In this document: positions 36,322 through 46,426 of the stretch, one piece after another
How the letters are laid out: each line of letters begins with the position of its first letter
How positions within the stretch are numbered: position 1 is the stretch's first letter
DNA from: Fulvivirga sp.
Lineage (GTDB): Bacteria; Bacteroidota; Bacteroidia; Cytophagales; Cyclobacteriaceae
Reading direction: 5' to 3'
DNA length: 64,000 nt
Assembly (NCBI GenBank): GCA_028280565.1
Contig: JANQLQ010000260.1
Location: 20,817-84,816 of the forward strand
Notes under the pieces: model-generated
Told to the model about the DNA's origin: nothing
What the model saw: only the letters and a program-made list of their open reading frames with translations
The model's database searches: none
Position numbers and translations under genes: made by a program

Positions 36322-36764
36322 TAAAAACCTCTAAACCACGGCCTAAACCAAGGCATAGCGAATATAATCATAGTTAGCGCGATCAAAAACCAAGTCAATA
36401 CATATCTGAATTTACTACGGTCTGTTTTAGCTCTTTTGGCCAGCGCCCCTCCCACTGTCATAGCCACTACTGCCAGGAACATAGTAACTGCATGCTGTAT
36501 CCCGAAAAAGGAGATCTGCGCGCTTCCACTAGCACCATTTTGAAGGAAATAAGAAGTGATCGGGCTCAAAGAGAAATATAACGCAAACCCGATCAAAAGT
36601 TGGGTATGCCCAAAAGTATTGGCCATAATGCGCATAACATTATCTTGCTTGGTGTAGGGCCTACGGCTTAGAAGGCCATGGACACTGCTTAAAATGGCAT
36701 AGAGCATACTGGCCAATACAAACCACCTGAGGAGGTTGTGCAAAGAAAGAAATACCGAATACAT
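36321..36764 (-). CDS. Four-TM membrane protein, unknown function
   Basis: Hydrophobic segments and an N-terminal HNLLRW motif. 1-nt overlap with the downstream gene. Confidence 0.5.
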   Translation of the reverse strand: MYSVFLSLHNLLRWFVLASMLYAILSSVHGLLSRRPYTKQDNVMRIMANTFGHTQLLIGFALYFSLSPITSYFLQNGASGSAQISFFGIQHAVTMFLAVVAMTVGGALAKRAKTDRSKFRYVLTWFLIALTMIIFAMPWFRPWFRGF

Positions 36765-36850
36765 AGAATTTGATGAGGTTGAATTTTAGGCAAATTTCAA
36801 CCCGGTCCTTCTATCTCGCTAGGCTTCTATGACTCCATTAATGGTAATAA

Positions 36851-37771
36851 TCAATCCTTTTTGTACTGGGAAGGAGTGACCTGGGTATGTCGAAAAAAGA
36901 ATTTGGAAAAGTAAGAAGGATCATCGAAGCCCAGGTGATGGGCCACTTGGGTTACGGAAAGGTCAGAATGCTTCAACATCAATTGGGCTTCGATGACCTG
37001 GCGTTTAGCAATCCATTCACTCGTGGAAAATTGAGTATTTTTCTTCAAAACCTTATTCAAATGATTCACACTGACATGTAGCATTTCGGCCAGGTCAGCT
37101 GGTTTAGGATTATTGCGTATGTGACGAAGTAATAAGCTTTTGAACTCCAAAACGGTTTTAAACCCGCGATTCGTTTGTGATTGTTTTTCATTTTTAAAGA
37201 CCAGGTCCAATTCTGTCATCAAAGACATCCAGTAGCTTTGGATCAAATTTATGCGATCGGCAGGATTCAAATATAGCTTATGTACTCTCTCACAAATTAA
37301 GGTAAAAAGGTCTGCCAGCGGCCTATCCAAAACAAAGTGGGGTAAATGCCCGGGGTTAAGCAAAGCACTGAAACGGTCTACGCCATGAAGGCCTGGTGAA
37401 TGATCAAAAAAATGATCATTAAAAGTCCCCATAAATCCTTTAACATCATTGCTGATCTCCTTAAAACAATTGGCCTGTCCTGCAGGTGTGAGAATGAACG
37501 TATTCTCCCCAAGCACGTATTCTAATACGTCCAATTGCATCCGGATGGTGCCTGCCTTTACGAAAATAAACCCATGGGAAGTATTTTTAAAGGGCTTGTT
37601 AGGTACTTTTATATAGGTAAATAGTTCTTCGATCCTAACCATACTAAAAAAGGAAAGGTCTCCTTTCAGCAGGTCGCTCAGCGTTTTATCTTCTTTGAGG
37701 TAAGCTTTTTTAACCTGTAACGGCGAAAGGATCGGGATGGCAGGCTTTGATTTTGTATTCAAGACCAACAA
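36851..37771 (-). CDS. AraC family transcriptional regulator
   Basis: C-terminal double HTH (VAHHLGFDDPSYFSKFFFRHTQVTPSQY). Confidence 0.85.
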   Translation of the reverse strand: MLVLNTKSKPAIPILSPLQVKKAYLKEDKTLSDLLKGDLSFFSMVRIEELFTYIKVPNKPFKNTSHGFIFVKAGTIRMQLDVLEYVLGENTFILTPAGQANCFKEISNDVKGFMGTFNDHFFDHSPGLHGVDRFSALLNPGHLPHFVLDRPLADLFTLICERVHKLYLNPADRINLIQSYWMSLMTELDLVFKNEKQSQTNRGFKTVLEFKSLLLRHIRNNPKPADLAEMLHVSVNHLNKVLKKNTQFSTSEWIAKRQVIEAQLMLKHSDLSVTQVAHHLGFDDPSYFSKFFFRHTQVTPSQYKKD

Positions 37772-37777
37772 AAATAA

Positions 37778-38140
37778 TCATTTTTTGAAAGTAGCAATGA
37801 TCATCACTGCCATGGCAATGATGATCATATTCATCACGATAAAACTGTGCTCGCCGCGCTTAAAATGAACGATGACTGCCCCAATCATGATCGTAACAAT
37901 AACATAGCCGGCATAAACTGCCAGTAGGTTAGGGATAGGTTTGACCAATCTTGGCAAAAGTATCAGTAAGCCTAACAAGAGTTCAAAAAGACCCAATACC
38001 CTCACGAACAACACGGGAAAATCGCTGACCCATGCCATATTCACAGAAAGCTTATCCATCGGCTGGGTCATTTTGATCACCCCGACCAGCGTAAAAATGA
38101 TGGCCAAGAGTATTTGTGCGCCCCATAAGATTACATTCAT
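37778..38140 (-). CDS. DoxX-like membrane protein
   Basis: 120 aa, 4 TM, DoxX-like pattern, adjacent to AraC. Confidence 0.6.
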   Translation of the reverse strand: MNVILWGAQILLAIIFTLVGVIKMTQPMDKLSVNMAWVSDFPVLFVRVLGLFELLLGLLILLPRLVKPIPNLLAVYAGYVIVTIMIGAVIVHFKRGEHSFIVMNMIIIAMAVMIIATFKK

Positions 38141-38507
38141 AGTAATAGTGAGTTAGGTTTAATTTTTTTTAATCAAATTTCACTCACATTGAGGCACCAA
38201 AATTATTTTAATCAAGCCTTTACAGGTAATATTCAATCATTGTTAAGGTAAGAGAGCATGCGTACTTCGAGGTTTTAGAAGTTATCCTTTTGGTTAACCT
38301 TCTTTTTACCCGGGGTAGAAGGGATATTTTGATTGAAATTGCGCGCATTGGAAAATATGTCAAGCATTTCCAGCATACTCCTAAAAACCTGGGTTCGAGA
38401 TAAGAAGGAATAAAAAGGACATGATTTATCCTTCTTTGCGAAGGATAACATTTTCGCAAAAATGCTCGGAGTTGGATGACAAAACGGGGAAAATAATCGT
38501 CGCAGCG

Positions 38508-38945
38508 AGGCTGGCGTAGCCGGTGGGCGGGTTACGAAGCTGCCCCCTTCTTATGTGTGATCGAATGGACCTTGTTCTCGTTCCACGAGTGGGAGATCGC
38601 TTCACGCATCACTAAGGCCAGCCCGCTGGGTTCGCGATGACGATAAAACAAAAATATGTAATAGGTAGGCTGGCGTAGCCGGTGGGCGGGTTACGAAGCT
38701 GCCCCCTTCTTGTGTGTGATCGAATGGACCTTGTTCTCGTTCCACGAATGGGAGATCGCTTCACGCATCACTAAGGCCAGCCCGCCGGGTTCGCGATGAC
38801 GATAAAACAAAAATATATAATAGGTAGGCTGGCATGAGCAGTGGACAGGGTACGAAGCTGTCCCCATGCCGTGTGTCATCGAATGTAGTCTATTCGTATT
38901 TCGCAACCGGGGGATTTCTTCTTCCTCCTGTCGTTGTCATCGCAA
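38508..38945. repeat. Tandem repeat, 159-bp unit, about 2.7 copies (third copy diverged)
   Basis: Unit starts (AGGCTGGCGTAGCC / AGGCTGGCATGAGC) fall at 38508, 38667 and 38826. Copies 1 and 2 differ at only a few positions. Confidence 0.9.
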
Positions 38946-39174
38946 TGACGGGTAAAATATAATAGTTTAGTTTATTTGAGTACTCTATATACTAAATACA
39001 GGTTAAAAGGTTGGGTAGGTCTAAAAGAACAAATAATAAGGGGCTGTCAAAAAAGATCAGCCCCTAGATCCACGCTGTGTATCATTTCGTGTTATTTATC
39101 TCTTAAATGCCTGCATAACCTAGTATTTTACATCGCAGGGTAGCAGTACATTTTGTTTAAACCAACGGATTAGC

Positions 39175-39465
39175 TTACAAGATCACGTTAAAGATCGCCC
39201 GGATAGGAACTACTGCCCCTCCTTTTAGCATGATATACTTCTCCGTAACCGCCCAGATCGTGGATTCCGTTTCCATGGGCTCATGGTCCACAGTTTCAAA
39301 CTGTACCAGCACGCTCCTTTTATAGGCGTTGCCCAAACGAAGAGCACGATAAAGATTATGAGAGCGGATAGCGTTATCCGCAGGATCTAAAAGGATCTCT
39401 TCTTTCCTGAATGATAGGTCAGCAATTTTTGACTTATCAACTTTGGTGATTGTTTTTACTTGCAT
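39175..39465 (-). CDS. Hypothetical protein (96 aa)
   Basis: ORF only; no motif recognised. Confidence 0.35.
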   Translation of the reverse strand: MQVKTITKVDKSKIADLSFRKEEILLDPADNAIRSHNLYRALRLGNAYKRSVLVQFETVDHEPMETESTIWAVTEKYIMLKGGAVVPIRAIFNVIL

Positions 39466-39526
39466 AATAAATGAATGTTAGAATGAATAATTGAATAGAA
39501 TGGATTATTAAAGCACATTCATTTAT

Positions 39527-39832
39527 TTAATCGCATAGTTTTAGATTATGGTAGAGAATAAAAAGTTTGGCCTGCCCGGGGTGGTTGTTGGCCCCCTCTA
39601 GTGCTGAAAAACCACGGAGTAATGGAGACAGTGATGGGACCTGGGTCTTATTGGTAATGCTTTTGATCTTGCCGGCGACTTGCTCGTCCGCCAGCATGTA
39701 TCGCTCTATGGATTCACTCTTCTCCGTGGAGGTCTCTTCCGCCACCGCAGGAGCTAGCGCTAATAACACCACCAGTAGGCTGGATGCCAGGTGCCTCATT
39801 AGCTTAATCCATATGCTTACTTGATTGCCCAC
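39527..39832 (-). CDS. Hypothetical secreted protein
   Basis: A signal peptide appears if the start is the Met at 39799 (MRHLASSLLVVLLALAPAVA). Confidence 0.4.
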   Translation of the reverse strand: MGNQVSIWIKLMRHLASSLLVVLLALAPAVAEETSTEKSESIERYMLADEQVAGKIKSITNKTQVPSLSPLLRGFSALEGANNHPGQAKLFILYHNLKLCD

Positions 39833-40198
39833 GAAATCTTTAGATGATAGGGGTTATACGATATCCGCGGCTTTTTAGTTCACTTTATTGCCTCATTCTA
39901 CATACTTTTTTTTGAATGGCGCCTAACATTCCTTTACGGGCCTTAATCCCACATCAAAAACAACCCTTATGATGGACAGAATTATGGTCCTTGCTATAAG
40001 GCTAAAAGGCCCAGGTGCAAGATAAATCGAGTTATCCTAATCACTTTTTGATAACCACCTCAAAATACATACCTTCAGCAATCCTTGAGCTTTAAATTGG
40101 ATAATAAGGACAGGATTTCATTAAACGTAAATTGGGGCTTACGCACTATTTTTCAAACTTGCTTAAACGGTAAAATCGACTATTTAGGTATATTTTAG

Positions 40199-40786
40199 TT
40201 GGAGATGATCGATAAATTAATTGAGTATATATCGCAATTCATTCCAATTGGCAAAGAAGAGATCAAGGTGATCTCCTCTATGGTGGAAGTTAAGGAGTAT
40301 AAAAAAGGACATACCTTACTGGAAGAAGGAATGATTTCCAGGGTATCTTACTTCAATTTACAAGGGTGTGTGAGGTTATATTACTTGGTGGACGGAGAAG
40401 AGAAGACTACCTTTTTTTTCACCGAGAACCAGTTCATAGCTTCAATGAGGAGTTTTATCAAACAGAAACCATCCGACCACTTTTTACAGTGTGTGGAAGA
40501 TTGTAAGCTAGCATTAATACCCTATGAAGTAGAAAAAAAGCTACTGGAAAAGTACCCTAAACTGGAATCATTTGCCCGAGCCATATTGGAAGAGGAACTA
40601 GGCAATTACCAAGAGATGCTAGCTTCCTACATCATTTCAAATCCCGAGCAGCGATATTTGAATTTGATGAAAAATGCCCCCGGGCTGTTACAAAGAGTTC
40701 CACAGTATCAGTTGGCCAGCTATATAGGCATAAAAGCGGAAAGTTTAAGTAGGATAAGAAACCGGTTGGTGAAAAGTACTTCTTAA
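40199..40786 (+). CDS. Crp/Fnr family transcriptional regulator
   Basis: cNMP-binding-like N-terminal domain and a C-terminal HTH (LASYIGIKAESLSRIRNRL). The likely start is the ATG at 40205. Confidence 0.8.
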   Translation: MEMIDKLIEYISQFIPIGKEEIKVISSMVEVKEYKKGHTLLEEGMISRVSYFNLQGCVRLYYLVDGEEKTTFFFTENQFIASMRSFIKQKPSDHFLQCVEDCKLALIPYEVEKKLLEKYPKLESFARAILEEELGNYQEMLASYIISNPEQRYLNLMKNAPGLLQRVPQYQLASYIGIKAESLSRIRNRLVKSTS

Positions 40787-40857
40787 CTTAAGTCAATCAT
40801 TCCTAGGGATCCAGCCACTATTTTGAGTTCATAGTTTTACATGAATAAGAGTAGATT

Positions 40858-41247
40858 ATGAACTATCAGTCTTTCAGTTTTTTATTTGGATTTTCCGTTT
40901 GGTTGGTTGGAACGTTGGCCTTTCGTTTTTTTGGTCATCTCTTTTTTCACATCGAAGACCCCCTGGTCGAAATCTCCCTGTTCATTGCCGTGACACCCCT
41001 TCTTTACCTTTTGATGAATTGGGTTTTTACACGATTTCGATTATCAAACCCGCAAAGGTTAAAAAGTGCGGTACTCATGGCTGTTCCCGGCATGTTCTGT
41101 GACGTGCTTTGTTTGAAGTATCACGATGTTGTATTCCCATCCTTTACTATTGAGCAAGCCATGGTGCTTTCCGCTTGGTTATTATGGGTATATGCCATTG
41201 TTCTTTTCATAGGGCTTAGCACTAAAGAAAGATCACCCGCTACTTAA
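40858..41247 (+). CDS. Small 4-TM membrane protein (DUF5367-like)
   Basis: Hydrophobic profile and position downstream of a Crp regulator. The DUF assignment is from memory only. Confidence 0.45.
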   Translation: MNYQSFSFLFGFSVWLVGTLAFRFFGHLFFHIEDPLVEISLFIAVTPLLYLLMNWVFTRFRLSNPQRLKSAVLMAVPGMFCDVLCLKYHDVVFPSFTIEQAMVLSAWLLWVYAIVLFIGLSTKERSPAT

Positions 41248-41267
41248 AGCAAACAATGGAGTGAAAT

Positions 41268-41468
41268 TCACAAAGATTCTGCCTGTGTCATGGGTGGATT
41301 CACGGAAAAGAAAGGAATAGTGAGGATAAGTCCCCAAATTAAAACACAGGCTACAATTTTAACGGTAATTTCAGTATCCCGGGAACAAATTTGAATGATC
41401 GTACCCATTACAGCACTAAGGGTGATAAGAGTTAGAATTCTTACCTGGATCATTTTCATAATTCGCAT
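41268..41468 (-). CDS. Possible small 2-TM membrane protein
   Basis: ORF with two hydrophobic segments; weak. Confidence 0.25.
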   Translation of the reverse strand: MRIMKMIQVRILTLITLSAVMGTIIQICSRDTEITVKIVACVLIWGLILTIPFFSVNPPMTQAESL

Positions 41469-41691
41469 TTGCTGTTTTTTGGCTTAGCCCCAGGTTCTTC
41501 ATTAATCCACCGGGGTGACTACTTTTTTGCGTTTCCGTTCCAGCAGCAAGCCATATTTCAAGAAGTACACCAACACTGCCTTGGCGGCAATGCACCTGCT
41601 TTGTTTGAAATTCGACAAAAAAATGAAAGGGAAACCGCAGGATTTCCTGGGTTTTGGAATCTAAAGTATTGAACACAATTATTAAAATACT

Positions 41692-42105
41692 ATGCAACCT
41701 TTACTCAAAATTTTATTCCATGTATTCGTATTGGTTATTTCCCTTACCTCGGCAAATGCTCAACCTGGTCGTGGAGGAAGACCCCCGGGAGGAGGCCTTG
41801 AGGAAATGCTCAGTAGGGAAAAACAGGCCCTGTATGAACAAGTGACCGATCTGTCTGAAGATCAAAAGCTGTTACTCGACGGTATTTACGAGGAGTTTGC
41901 CGTAACCCTCAAGGAAACCTTCGAGGAGATGAGACAAACTAATGACAGGGAGGCCAGGAGGGAAAAGATGCGGGCACTGAGAAAAGAAAAGGATGGACTT
42001 ATTGCAGATGTACTCAATGAAGAGCAATATGCCACATATACCAGCCTGGCGTCAAGGAGGGGCAGAAGGTCAAGAGAAGACAATAGCAACCCGAATGGAC
42101 AATGA
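41692..42105 (+). CDS. Periplasmic Spy/CpxP-like (LTXXQ motif) protein
   Basis: Signal peptide (SLTSANAQ), a charged helical sequence, and two LxxxQ motifs (LSEDQK, LNEEQY). Confidence 0.5.
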   Translation: MQPLLKILFHVFVLVISLTSANAQPGRGGRPPGGGLEEMLSREKQALYEQVTDLSEDQKLLLDGIYEEFAVTLKETFEEMRQTNDREARREKMRALRKEKDGLIADVLNEEQYATYTSLASRRGRRSREDNSNPNGQ

Positions 42106-44843
42106 AAGTAACTTGGGGCGGTGTTATCGGCATTTTGCTCAACGGTTTGGCATTAGCGTCAGCGGCGCAGGATACCCCATGGAGTGCAAGCGGTAGGGTC
42201 CTCGATGCATCCGACAAGTCTCCTGTGATCGGGGCTACAGTGCTTATGGTGAACATCAAAGATTCAACAAGGTCCAAATTTGCCATAGTAGGCAGAGAAG
42301 GCAGGTTTCAGGTCAATAATTTGGAGAAGGCCTTCTACAAATTGAAGATCACCAGCATGGGTTACAAACCTTACACAAAGATCTCCAGGCTCACTGTGCC
42401 AGCCGCCGACCTGGGTACAATCTCATTAGAACAGGACCTCAAAACGTTAAATGAAGTCCTGGTTGAAGGTGAGGTGGTCCCGGTAGAGCAGGTTGGAGAC
42501 ACTACCCAATACAATGCCGATGCATTTAAAACACACCCCGATGCCACAGCACGTGACCTGGTAAGTAAAATGCCGGGAATTGTAGTAGACAATGACGGAG
42601 TGACCGCCAATGGGGAAAGTATTGAACAAGTATTATTGGACGGCAAGCGCTTTTTTGGACAAGATCCGCTATTGTCACTCAATACTATACCGGCCGAAAT
42701 TGTGGACAAAGTACAAGTATATGATGAGGCGAGTGATCAATCGCAGTTTACCGGGTTTGACGACGGCAACACCACTAGAACTATGAATGTCGTCACCAAA
42801 AAAGACAAACGGAATGGGCAATTTGGAAAGGCCTATGCCGGGTATGGCACCCATGAATTGTATAAGGCGGGGACGACCATCAATTCATTTGACCAGGACA
42901 GGAGAACGACGATCCTGGGAATGAGTAATAATATTAACCAACAAAATTTTGGGAACGAAGATCTTGCAGTGGTAAGTGGTGGTGGCCGCCGCGGTGGGTT
43001 CAGGCGTGGGGGAAACAGCAACTTTATGACCGGTACACAGGATGGCATCACCAAGACCCATTCGGTAGGCATCAACTTCACGGATGACTGGGGAGAAAAG
43101 GCAACTTTTGAAGGCAGCTACTTTTTCAACCAGTCGGATAATAGCCAAGACCAGCTTTTAAGTAGGGAATCATTCCTGGAGAATGGCAGTCAATTTTACA
43201 CTGAAGATCAACAATCCGCCACCGACAATCTCAATCACCGGTTGAATGTAAGAATGGACTACAAGATAGACGATAAGAACAGCTTGCTGCTGAGATCGTC
43301 TTTTAGCCACCAGGATAATCAAAGTAATGAACTAACCATTGGAAGAACGGGGAATGGCTTAGGCGAGTTGCTCAGCGAAACCAATAATAGCTATTCCAGT
43401 TTGAACCGGGCGTTTAATATTTCCAATAACCTGGTCTACCAGCGTAAGCTCAAGAAAGTTGGACGTACCCTATCATTGAATGTAAATGCTCAATTAAGAC
43501 CTACAAGGCGGGAAAATTTTTTCGAAGACCTGCAACTTGATTCTTTGATCGAATACCTCACGGATGAAAACCAATATAGGATCGGGTCAGCCATAACCTA
43601 CACTGAGCCTATAGGTACCACCGCGCAGCTAGCCATGAGGTACGAGGTGAACCATTCAGTAAGGGAATCGGATAAAGAAACCTTCACCTTGCAGGAAGGA
43701 GATGTTACCAGGATGTTCAGCGAAGCCTTGTCCAACTATTTTAAAAGTGGGTATACTACGCACGCCCCGTCCATACGCTATTCAGATCACCGTTTTGGAA
43801 ACCATTTTAATGTTGCCATCGCTTACCAATGGGCTACGCTAAGGAATGATCAAATACTCCCGGTGAAAAACCAGTTTGAAAGACATTTCAGGAATATCCT
43901 CCCCTCTGTCATGGGCCGATTTGATCTTTCAAAAAATGGTCGCTTGCTTATTCGATATACTACCTCCGCAACGGAACCTTCTATTAGCCAACTGCAAAAT
44001 GTCCTTGACAACAGTGACCCGCTCTTCCTCACCGTAGGAAATCCAGGGCTCGAGCAGACCTACACACACTCACTCATAATGCGTCTTCAAAAAGACATGA
44101 CAGGCAAAAATGCCACTTTTTCGAACTCGACCAGGGTAGAAACCAGCTTGGACTACATCACAACCAGTACGACCATCATTGCCTCGGATTCGGTAGCTGC
44201 GGGAGGCATATCGCTTGCGGAGGGCGCACAGGTGAGTACACCCGTCAACCTGGACGGGTACTGGTCGGTGAGGAACAACACTACCTATGGCATCTTGATT
44301 TCCCCACTGAAGAGTAACCTCAATACCTCGGTCGGCCTGGCCTATCAAAGAATCCCCGGTATCACCAATGGTTTAACCAATATGGCCAACACTTACTCGG
44401 CGAACATCAGGGTAGGGTTTGTCAGTAATATCAGTGAGAAGATTGATTATAACCTGTATTACCAGGTCGACGGGAGTAAAGTGTTCAATTCCATTCAGCC
44501 CGGTTCCAACAGCCAATACTACATGCAAACCCTAGGCGTAAAGCTGAACCTCGTTACCTGGAAGGGGTTTGTGTTCCGGAACGAGACCTATTTTCAAAAG
44601 TACAAGGGGGCAAATAGTGAATACGATTCAGATTTTACCCTTTGGAGTATGGGCATCGCAAAGAAATTTCTCAAAAACGAAAGTGGGGAGCTCGAGCTTT
44701 CGGTTTTTGATCTTTTAGGTGAGAACCAAGACTTCGACCAAACTGTGAATGCGCGTTATTTGCAGGAAACGCAAACAGGGGTTTTACAGCGTTACTTTAT
44801 GCTTACATTCACTTACCAGCTACGGCATTTCAGCAAGAGCTAG
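42102..44843 (+). CDS. TonB-dependent-receptor-like outer-membrane barrel (CarboxypepD_reg + plug + beta-barrel)
   Basis: N-terminal GRVLDASDKSPVIGATV (CarboxypepD_reg), a plug-like region (DLVSKMPGIVVD...VLLDGKRFFG), and a C-terminal aromatic beta-signal (FTYQLRHF). 4-nt overlap with the upstream gene. Confidence 0.75.
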   Translation: MKVTWGGVIGILLNGLALASAAQDTPWSASGRVLDASDKSPVIGATVLMVNIKDSTRSKFAIVGREGRFQVNNLEKAFYKLKITSMGYKPYTKISRLTVPAADLGTISLEQDLKTLNEVLVEGEVVPVEQVGDTTQYNADAFKTHPDATARDLVSKMPGIVVDNDGVTANGESIEQVLLDGKRFFGQDPLLSLNTIPAEIVDKVQVYDEASDQSQFTGFDDGNTTRTMNVVTKKDKRNGQFGKAYAGYGTHELYKAGTTINSFDQDRRTTILGMSNNINQQNFGNEDLAVVSGGGRRGGFRRGGNSNFMTGTQDGITKTHSVGINFTDDWGEKATFEGSYFFNQSDNSQDQLLSRESFLENGSQFYTEDQQSATDNLNHRLNVRMDYKIDDKNSLLLRSSFSHQDNQSNELTIGRTGNGLGELLSETNNSYSSLNRAFNISNNLVYQRKLKKVGRTLSLNVNAQLRPTRRENFFEDLQLDSLIEYLTDENQYRIGSAITYTEPIGTTAQLAMRYEVNHSVRESDKETFTLQEGDVTRMFSEALSNYFKSGYTTHAPSIRYSDHRFGNHFNVAIAYQWATLRNDQILPVKNQFERHFRNILPSVMGRFDLSKNGRLLIRYTTSATEPSISQLQNVLDNSDPLFLTVGNPGLEQTYTHSLIMRLQKDMTGKNATFSNSTRVETSLDYITTSTTIIASDSVAAGGISLAEGAQVSTPVNLDGYWSVRNNTTYGILISPLKSNLNTSVGLAYQRIPGITNGLTNMANTYSANIRVGFVSNISEKIDYNLYYQVDGSKVFNSIQPGSNSQYYMQTLGVKLNLVTWKGFVFRNETYFQKYKGANSEYDSDFTLWSMGIAKKFLKNESGELELSVFDLLGENQDFDQTVNARYLQETQTGVLQRYFMLTFTYQLRHFSKS

Positions 44844-44898
44844 CCAGCAATTGACACCAAAAGGGCGATGAGGTTCAATGGATTTGGATTCTAAAAAG

Positions 44899-44972
44899 TC
44901 GGGGTGACTGGATTCGAACCAGCGGCCTCTTCGTCCCGAACGAAGCGCGCTACCGAGCTGCGCTACACCCCG
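44899..44972 (-). tRNA. tRNA-Pro (anticodon CGG)
   Basis: Manual cloverleaf: acceptor CGGGGTG/CACCCCG, D-stem GCGC/GCGC, anticodon stem CTTCG/CGAAG with loop TTCGGGA, T-loop TTCGAAT. Confidence 0.9.
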
Positions 44973-45074
44973 TTTTATTGTTTGCTTATTCTTTCCCTGT
45001 CCATAACGATGCTTATGTCAAGAACAATACAATATTACGTTATGCTAAAGGGTACAAGCTCTCTTGGTAAACAG

Positions 45075-45147
<73 letters not shown>

Positions 45148-45374
45148 TTACAAGAGTAAAGTTAGGGCTTTAAGCCCAATTTTTGGCATGTTCTGACTTA
45201 CTCAGTGTGAAATAGTAGATCAAATGGGCTTAAAGAGCTATTGATCAGCTTATTATCCAAAACCTTACTCAATAGGAGACCAGGTCGCTTCGTCAATAAA
45301 TCTTTTTCGTGATCTTGTTTTCAGAAAATAGTTGGCCAGGGGAAGCAATTTACAAGGGATTATTAGGAGAGTCC

Positions 45375-45965
45375 TCAAGTCACTTGCGTATACCGTCGAT
45401 AGCGTGCCACTATTTTCACCGACAGGTAACCTTCGGAGGTATATAATTTGCGTTGGGTAGTAACCGTAATGGTGTCATCACTTTCGATCTTTACCGCACT
45501 AGGATAAACAAAACGGGTGTCCACTATCCCATTGGAGATCATAGGGGTTTTATTGAGGAGTTCTATGGCCGTAAGATCCTCATTAAATTGAAAGGCATCA
45601 CCCAAAGCATAATGGGCATACGAAATGCTATAATCCGGATCATACCGTGAGGAATCAAATTCTTGTCCTGTATTGGATATGTACTCAATCGGCCAATACT
45701 CCGTAAACAAATTTAATTCGTCATTAATGCGCAATTCAATTCCGGATTTACTGATCTCGGGATTTTCATCAAAAAGATAAGTATTGCCAAAACCATCCAT
45801 ATTAAGGTCAACGGGGGTGTCTGAAACCGCAGAGATGATCTCATATTTGCCATGAAATCTTCCGTGTAGCTCCTCACGAACCCCGCTGTGGTCATCTTCA
45901 TGGCAACTGGTCCATAAGAGTGGGGTAGCGAATAATATAAGTAAAAAGGTCCTTTTCATATGCAT
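45375..45965 (-). CDS. Hypothetical lipoprotein
   Basis: Lipoprotein signal (LLWTSCHEDD); no family recognised. Confidence 0.5.
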   Translation of the reverse strand: MHMKRTFLLILFATPLLWTSCHEDDHSGVREELHGRFHGKYEIISAVSDTPVDLNMDGFGNTYLFDENPEISKSGIELRINDELNLFTEYWPIEYISNTGQEFDSSRYDPDYSISYAHYALGDAFQFNEDLTAIELLNKTPMISNGIVDTRFVYPSAVKIESDDTITVTTQRKLYTSEGYLSVKIVARYRRYTQVT

Positions 45966-46098
45966 TTCAAGTTCGGGTGAGTCATGCTAACTCAAGTAAC
46001 AAAAACATTGCCAAAGCTCTTAGTTTGTTTTATTTAAACTAGGACAAGCTCGGCCCGGCTCGCCAAGCATCCTAGCAGAGTCATACAATCCAAAATTT

Positions 46099-46413
46099 TT
46101 AATGATTAAGAGCCATCCACAAAGACCCGGGCTCTAGCTTAAGCTCTACATTATTTTCCAAATCAATAAACACGCCTTCGTCAAGCCCTTGATGTTCTTG
46201 AACGGCCCTGTCTTCTTCATCGGGGGCCATAGTGGAGCTTGGCCTCACACCGACGACATTTCTTCTCAACAGTGTTGTGCCAGCGAAATAATCTCTTGTT
46301 CCAAACTGTAGAGCCCTGTTTTCCAACCAGTAATAGGATTTCGCAATGATCATAATGTAAAGGTTTAGTATTGAGTAATGAGTCTTGAGTAGCAAACCTG
46401 GCTCAAGACTCAA
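46099..46413 (-). CDS. Hypothetical protein (probably ~84 aa from an internal Met)
   Basis: ORF 14 nt downstream of the aldo/keto reductase on the same strand; no motif recognised. Confidence 0.3.
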   Translation of the reverse strand: MSLEPGLLLKTHYSILNLYIMIIAKSYYWLENRALQFGTRDYFAGTTLLRRNVVGVRPSSTMAPDEEDRAVQEHQGLDEGVFIDLENNVELKLEPGSLWMALNH

Positions 46414-46426
46414 AACGAGTTACTAG

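Noticed and set aside
38691-38906. 71-aa minus-strand ORF
   Set aside because: It lies entirely within the 159-bp tandem repeat and is a repeat-generated frame.
38508-38945. Possible CRISPR array
   Set aside because: The repeat unit is 159 bp with no unique spacers between units, the third unit is simply a diverged copy, and no cas genes or leader are present.
42102-44843. This TonB-type barrel as the missing SusC partner of the SusD-like genes
   Set aside because: It is about 17 kb from the cadherin-SusD gene and about 12 kb from the SusD remnant. It is coupled to a different upstream ORF and is not followed by a SusD gene.
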